Under the pieces are notes generated by a model. That model had not been told where the DNA came from and made no database searches. It was given only the letters and a program-made list of their open reading frames with translations. The position numbers and the translations under genes are program-made. 64,000 nt of DNA. Source: Clostridiales bacterium. GTDB lineage: Bacteria; Bacillota; Clostridia; Christensenellales; QALW01. Of the stretch, positions 59,492 to 64,000 are shown piece by piece (within the stretch, counting starts at the first letter, position 1; each line of letters starts with the position of its first letter). The DNA lies in assembly GCA_015069575.1 (NCBI GenBank), contig SVIH01000007.1:13925-77924 (forward strand), read 5' to 3'.

Positions 59492-60019
59492 TTATCTTTT
59501 ATATATATCGTTACCTGAAGTATCGATAGCAACAGTTAACGGCATATTTTCAACTTTTAAAAGATGAATGGCTTCGGATAAAAGTTCAGGGAAAGCAATT
59601 ACTTTACATTCTTTAACTGACTGCGCCATCAATGCACCTGCACCGCCTGCTGCTGCAAGATACACTGCACCATATTTTTTGCAAGCATCAATAACATTCT
59701 GATCCCGTTCACCTTTACCTATCATAACAGCTTGTCCTAACTGAATTAAAGTGGGTGCATATGCATCCATTCTGCCACTTGTGGTTGGCCCACATGAGCC
59801 TATAGGCATATTTTCTTTTTTAGGACAGGGGCCCGTATAATAAATAGCAATATCTTTTAAATCTATTGGCAAAGGTTTATTTTCATTAATTAAATTTATA
59901 AGTTTTTTGTGCGCCGCATCACGCGCCGTATATATAGTGCCTGACAAAAGCACTGTATCCCCTGTTTTAAGTGTTTTTAAAACATCTCTGTCATTAAGCG
60001 GAAATTCAATTTTTATCAT
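59492..60019 (-). CDS. class I fumarate hydratase/tartrate dehydratase beta subunit
   Basis: TARDAAHK, GPTTSGRMD, IGKG. Confidence 0.9.
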   Translation of the reverse strand: MIKIEFPLNDRDVLKTLKTGDTVLLSGTIYTARDAAHKKLINLINENKPLPIDLKDIAIYYTGPCPKKENMPIGSCGPTTSGRMDAYAPTLIQLGQAVMIGKGERDQNVIDACKKYGAVYLAAAGGAGALMAQSVKECKVIAFPELLSEAIHLLKVENMPLTVAIDTSGNDIYKR

Positions 60020-60843
60020 ATTTCCACCTCGCCATGCCTTGCACAGTGGCACTGAATATTTACTGCAACAGGCAACCCTGCAATATGTGTTGGGTAGGTT
60101 TCAATAAAAACATTAAGGCAAGTACATCTGCCACCCATTCCCTGAGGACCGATGCCCAGATCATTTATTTTATCTAACAGTTCCTGTTCAAGATTATAAA
60201 TTTGATCATCTTCTGAACGCTTTGAAACTGCCAAAGAATGCTTAGCCATCAAAGCTGCTTTTTCCATTGTGCCGCCGATACCAACGCCAACAATAACAGG
60301 TGGGCATGGGTTTGAGCCTGCCTTTTTAACGGTTTTAATAATAAAATCTTTAACGCCTTCTACACTTTCAGAGGGTTTTAGCATTTTTAAAGCACTCATA
60401 TTTTCGCTGCCAAATCCTTTTGGTGCAACTGTTAATTTTACTTTATCGCCTTCAACAAGTGAAACATGGATAACAGCAGGGGTGTTATCACCTGTGTTTA
60501 CCCTATCAAGCGGTGAAAGAACGCTTTTACGAAATGGAATATATGCTTTTCTTACGCCGTTATTTATCGCATCAGTAAAACTGCCACCAGTAAAATGTAC
60601 ATCCTGCCCTATTGAAGCAAAAACAGTAACCATTCCCGTATCCTGACAAATGGGAATCTGCATTTCTTTAGCAATCTTTGCATTATCTAACGCAATTTTT
60701 AAATTATTTTTGCCATGTTCAGTAACCTCGTTATTTAATGCATTCTCAAGTAACATTAAAGTGTCCGCCGGCATATTAATGCAAAGATCACTGCAAAGTT
60801 CATATATTGCATTTTCAACTAATTTGATATCAATCTGACGCAT
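60016..60843 (-). CDS. class I fumarate hydratase/tartrate dehydratase alpha subunit
   Basis: PICQDTG, PKGFGSEN, NPCPP, HIAGLPVAVNIQCHCARH. Confidence 0.9.
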   Translation of the reverse strand: MRQIDIKLVENAIYELCSDLCINMPADTLMLLENALNNEVTEHGKNNLKIALDNAKIAKEMQIPICQDTGMVTVFASIGQDVHFTGGSFTDAINNGVRKAYIPFRKSVLSPLDRVNTGDNTPAVIHVSLVEGDKVKLTVAPKGFGSENMSALKMLKPSESVEGVKDFIIKTVKKAGSNPCPPVIVGVGIGGTMEKAALMAKHSLAVSKRSEDDQIYNLEQELLDKINDLGIGPQGMGGRCTCLNVFIETYPTHIAGLPVAVNIQCHCARHGEVEI

Positions 60844-60903
60844 ATAACATTCCTATACATAAAAATATAGAATAATTATATTACATTTATCTAAAAAAAG
60901 CAA

Positions 60904-61629
60904 TTACATATTAATAGGCTGCCGAATTTTAGATATATATTTACTTGTTCCATCAAAAACACTGTATGCTATTTTATCCTGATAAGATTCATCTAGTAAA
61001 TTTTTTTCTTCATCAGGACAAGATAAAAATCCACATTCAATCATTACATTTGTAGAATTACCATTTCGCAACATAAAAAAATCTTCTTCTTTGATTTCTC
61101 GGTTATTTTCAGCATCTACATACTGCTTTATACTTGTTTGAATACATTCGGCAAGCATTTTTCCTGTAACAGAATCGGGATAATAAAACATTTGAGCACC
61201 GTGCACATTCTTACTTTGCGGAAAACTATTGCAATGTACACTTATTACGATATAAGGTTTGTTTTTTTCAATTATCATTGCGCGGTTTGACATATCTTCC
61301 ATCTTATTAAATCCATTTTTGCACAATGCATCATCATTTGACCGTGTTAAAATAACTGTTGCACCAACGCTTTGAAACAACCTGCCTATCTTTTTTACAA
61401 TTGATAAATTAATTTCTTTTTCCCTGACAAGAGTACTTATTCCAATAGCGCCACCATCTTCACCACCGTGACCTGCATCAAGCACTATAACATAATCATT
61501 AAGGGGATAATCCAAAGAACATTCCTTATAAAGATTATCATTTTTATAAAAATAAGACAGCAAAATATTTAAAATTAAAACTGCCACTAATATAATCTTA
61601 ATTTTACGAAAACCCATAAAATTCTCCAT
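60904..61629 (-). CDS. N-acetylmuramoyl-L-alanine amidase (CwlD-like)
   Basis: N-terminal TM; LDAGHGGEDGGA, EKEINL, SVHCN, IECGFLS. Confidence 0.82.
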   Translation of the reverse strand: MENFMGFRKIKIILVAVLILNILLSYFYKNDNLYKECSLDYPLNDYVIVLDAGHGGEDGGAIGISTLVREKEINLSIVKKIGRLFQSVGATVILTRSNDDALCKNGFNKMEDMSNRAMIIEKNKPYIVISVHCNSFPQSKNVHGAQMFYYPDSVTGKMLAECIQTSIKQYVDAENNREIKEEDFFMLRNGNSTNVMIECGFLSCPDEEKNLLDESYQDKIAYSVFDGTSKYISKIRQPINM

Positions 61630-61724
61630 TCATAATAATGAATATTATATGCATAATCATTTTTTGCATTTTTTATTTAGAATAAGCAAAAAACACCGTT
61701 TTTGTAATACAATTTTAACAAATA

Positions 61725-61895
61725 TGTGAAAAAAAGTAATCCACACCCTAAACACCGCATTTTTGGGCTTTTTGACAGTTACCTGTGAATAACTACCTTT
61801 TTTTTCAAAAAGTTATCCACAATTAAAAATGCGATTTTACTGTACATATGAATTTATCCACAAATGAAAAGTGAGTTATCCACACCTGTTGATAA
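61725..61895. promoter_or_regulatory. DnaA-box cluster
   Basis: Perfect TTATCCACA at 61813, 61854 and 61876. Near matches: TGTGAAAAA 61725, TAATCCACA 61737, TGTGAATAA 61784, TGTTGATAA 61887. Confidence 0.85.
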
Positions 61896-61997
61896 CTTTT
61901 TGTCGCTGATTTTTTTCTTAGTTATTTTTGCCTTGTCAAGCGTTTTTTAACATTTTATTTGTAAATTTTTTGAATATTTATACAATATTATGGATAT

Positions 61998-62453
61998 TTA
62001 TTTTCTATATTTTTCCAAAATATCCTTTACCCAATCATTATTTGGACTTTCAATAGTCGATAGCGGAGTTCCTGATGAAAAGGGTGTATCCGTTTTGAAC
62101 ATATATATTTTTATATTACGCTCCTGTTGTTCATTTATTTGAGCAAAAAATAGCGCATAATCATTATAGCCTTCCTTATAGCCTAAAACCGAAAATGTGC
62201 CATAACCTTGTTTTATTGGATAGCGTTGATCAAATATTACAGGAATATCACTTATACTGCATTTGCCCAAAGAATCGGTATAACCTATAAGTTCACCTTC
62301 AGGAACAACGATTTTTACATTTTCAACAGGTAACCCGCTAAAGCCATCAAGTACCGTAAAATTTACACTTCCTGTTGCAGTGTTTTTATTGTTTTTACTG
62401 CACCCTGTAAATATTAAAATCAAACATAAAAGTATTAAAAAAATTTTTTTCAT
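61998..62453 (-). CDS. hypothetical lipoprotein
   Basis: RBS aaggag; MKKIFLILLCLILIFTGC lipobox. Confidence 0.7.
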   Translation of the reverse strand: MKKIFLILLCLILIFTGCSKNNKNTATGSVNFTVLDGFSGLPVENVKIVVPEGELIGYTDSLGKCSISDIPVIFDQRYPIKQGYGTFSVLGYKEGYNDYALFFAQINEQQERNIKIYMFKTDTPFSSGTPLSTIESPNNDWVKDILEKYRK

Positions 62454-62583
62454 AATATTCTCCTTTACAATAATTTGTACTAAAATTATATTGTAAAAAC
62501 CTTTTAAAAATTCCATATTACTATTTACAAAGCAAAAAGAGCTATGATATAATTATATTAATATAGTAATATAAGAGGCTTAT

Positions 62584-64000
62584 ATGAAATTCACCAGATT
62601 AATAAAAAAAGAATCAAAAAACTTTGGCGGACTGCCATTTTGGAGTTGGAACGATAAACTTGAAAAAAAAGAACTGTTAAGGCAGATACACAATATCAAA
62701 GATATCGGCTTTAACGGCTTTTTTATGCACGCAAGAGGCGGGCTGAAAACAGAGTATTGTTCAAAAGAATGGTATGATTGTATAAAGGCTTCTGTAAAAG
62801 AGGCAAAAAAATTAAAGATGGAAGCCTGGGCATATGATGAAAACGGTTGGCCAAGTGGTTTTGCAGGCGGAAAACTTTTAAAAGACGAAAATAATTTTGT
62901 TAAATTTTTAGAACATTCTATTGGCAAATATGATAGCAATGCTTTTGCAGTTTATTCTTTAAAAAACGGTGTTCCCTATCAGATTTTTGAAGATACCAAC
63001 GAAGACGGGCTTATTAACATTTACAAAAAGGCTGATGCTAGCTATGTTGATATAATGGATAAAAACATCGTAAAAAAATATATAGAGGAAACCCACGAAG
63101 AATATAAAAAAGAATTAAAAAACGATTTTGGCAAAAGTATGCCCGGATTCTTTACTGATGAGCCCCAGTACTACAGATACGCTACAGCCTGGTCTGATAC
63201 GTTTTTAACTGAATTTGAAAAAACATATGGTTACAGCGTTTTTGATGTGTTGCCTGCTCTTTTTATTGATTTTGAAGGTGCAAAAGAAAAGCGTTACGAT
63301 TATTGGGCATTGTGCCACAAAAAATATATTGATAATTTTGCTAAACAGATATATTCCTGGTGTGATGAAAACGGTGTTCAATTAACAGGGCACACTATTG
63401 AAGAAACTTCAATAGCATTTCAGATGTGCTGTTGTGGCGGTGTTATGCCTTTTTATGAATATGAGCATATTCCGGGAATAGATCATCTTAGCCGAAATAT
63501 TAATAATGATCTTGCGCCTAAGCAGATAGGTTCAGTTGCAGCACAATTAAACAAGAAAAAAGTTTTAACCGAAAGCTTTGCAACTTGCGGTTGGGCAGTT
63601 TCCCCTGTTGAATTAAAACGCATACTTAACTGGCAATTTGTTGGGGGCGTTAATCTTTTGTGCGCTCACCTTTACCCATACTCTGAACGCGGTGAAAGAA
63701 AATACGATTACCCCGCACATTACAGTGAGCATTTACCCTGGAATTCATATTTATATGTTTTCAATACATATTTTAAAAATCTTGGTGCAACATTAAGCCT
63801 TGCCAAAGACGATGCAAAGGTATTGATTTTACATCCGATGCATTCGTTCTATTTATATTTTAAGCGCGAAGAATGGGAAACATGTGCAAGCCATATCGAA
63901 AATCCTTTCATTCAGATGCTTGATAAATACGGTGAAAACTGCGTGCAGTACCATTTTGGTGATGAATCAATTATTTCACGCCACGGTAAAATTGAAAACG
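62584..64000 (+). CDS. GH106-like (alpha-L-rhamnosidase-related) glycoside hydrolase, 3' partial; absent from the ORF track
   Basis: Open from ATG 62584: PFWSWNDKL, GFFMHARGGL, AYDENGWPSGFAGG, GFFTDEPQY, IPGIDHL. Runs off the window. Confidence 0.72.
   Translation, partial: MKFTRLIKKESKNFGGLPFWSWNDKLEKKELLRQIHNIKDIGFNGFFMHARGGLKTEYCSKEWYDCIKASVKEAKKLKMEAWAYDENGWPSGFAGGKLLKDENNFVKFLEHSIGKYDSNAFAVYSLKNGVPYQIFEDTNEDGLINIYKKADASYVDIMDKNIVKKYIEETHEEYKKELKNDFGKSMPGFFTDEPQYYRYATAWSDTFLTEFEKTYGYSVFDVLPALFIDFEGAKEKRYDYWALCHKKYIDNFAKQIYSWCDENGVQLTGHTIEETSIAFQMCCCGGVMPFYEYEHIPGIDHLSRNINNDLAPKQIGSVAAQLNKKKVLTESFATCGWAVSPVELKRILNWQFVGGVNLLCAHLYPYSERGERKYDYPAHYSEHLPWNSYLYVFNTYFKNLGATLSLAKDDAKVLILHPMHSFYLYFKREEWETCASHIENPFIQMLDKYGENCVQYHFGDESIISRHGKIEN

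Noticed and set aside
1-64000. rRNA, tRNA, CRISPR arrays, defence systems
   Set aside because: None were recognised by eye. Intergenic spaces are short and accounted for, but a covariance-model scan was not possible.

Overview
This is a low-GC Firmicute (Clostridia-like) chromosomal window with no rRNA, tRNA, CRISPR array or integrase. From left to right it holds: addB (partial)-addA, a polyol dehydrogenase, rpsF-ssb-rpsR with its S6:S18 leader, htrA, a USP/ACT/DUF711 group, and an oppBCDFA operon whose OppA looks circularly permuted. Next come a 13.7 kb minus-strand branched-chain amino acid cluster, a HisR-controlled his operon, metA-metY, a 2138-aa secreted multi-module glycoside hydrolase, and DUF1538 plus a P-II-like protein. 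The right end has a 1.9 kb islet bounded by a 36-bp direct repeat of the GGGtGRT gene 3' end, the GGGtGRT/NifU-like pair, uppP, GTP-PEPCK, sigH-rlmB-mrnC-fumarate hydratase, a cwlD-like amidase, an orphan DnaA-box cluster and a partial GH106-like gene. The best candidate for an undescribed system is 16592-30350. Three acyl-CoA synthetases each sit behind their own T-box riboswitch, with specifiers read as Leu CUC, Ile AUC and Val GUA. They precede IlvE, a P-loop ATPase and a four-subunit 2-oxoacid:ferredoxin oxidoreductase, and the cluster includes an apparently catalytically dead LeuA. This suggests Leu/Ile/Val synthesis by reductive carboxylation of branched short-chain fatty acids. All assignments come from reading motifs by eye; no searches were run.
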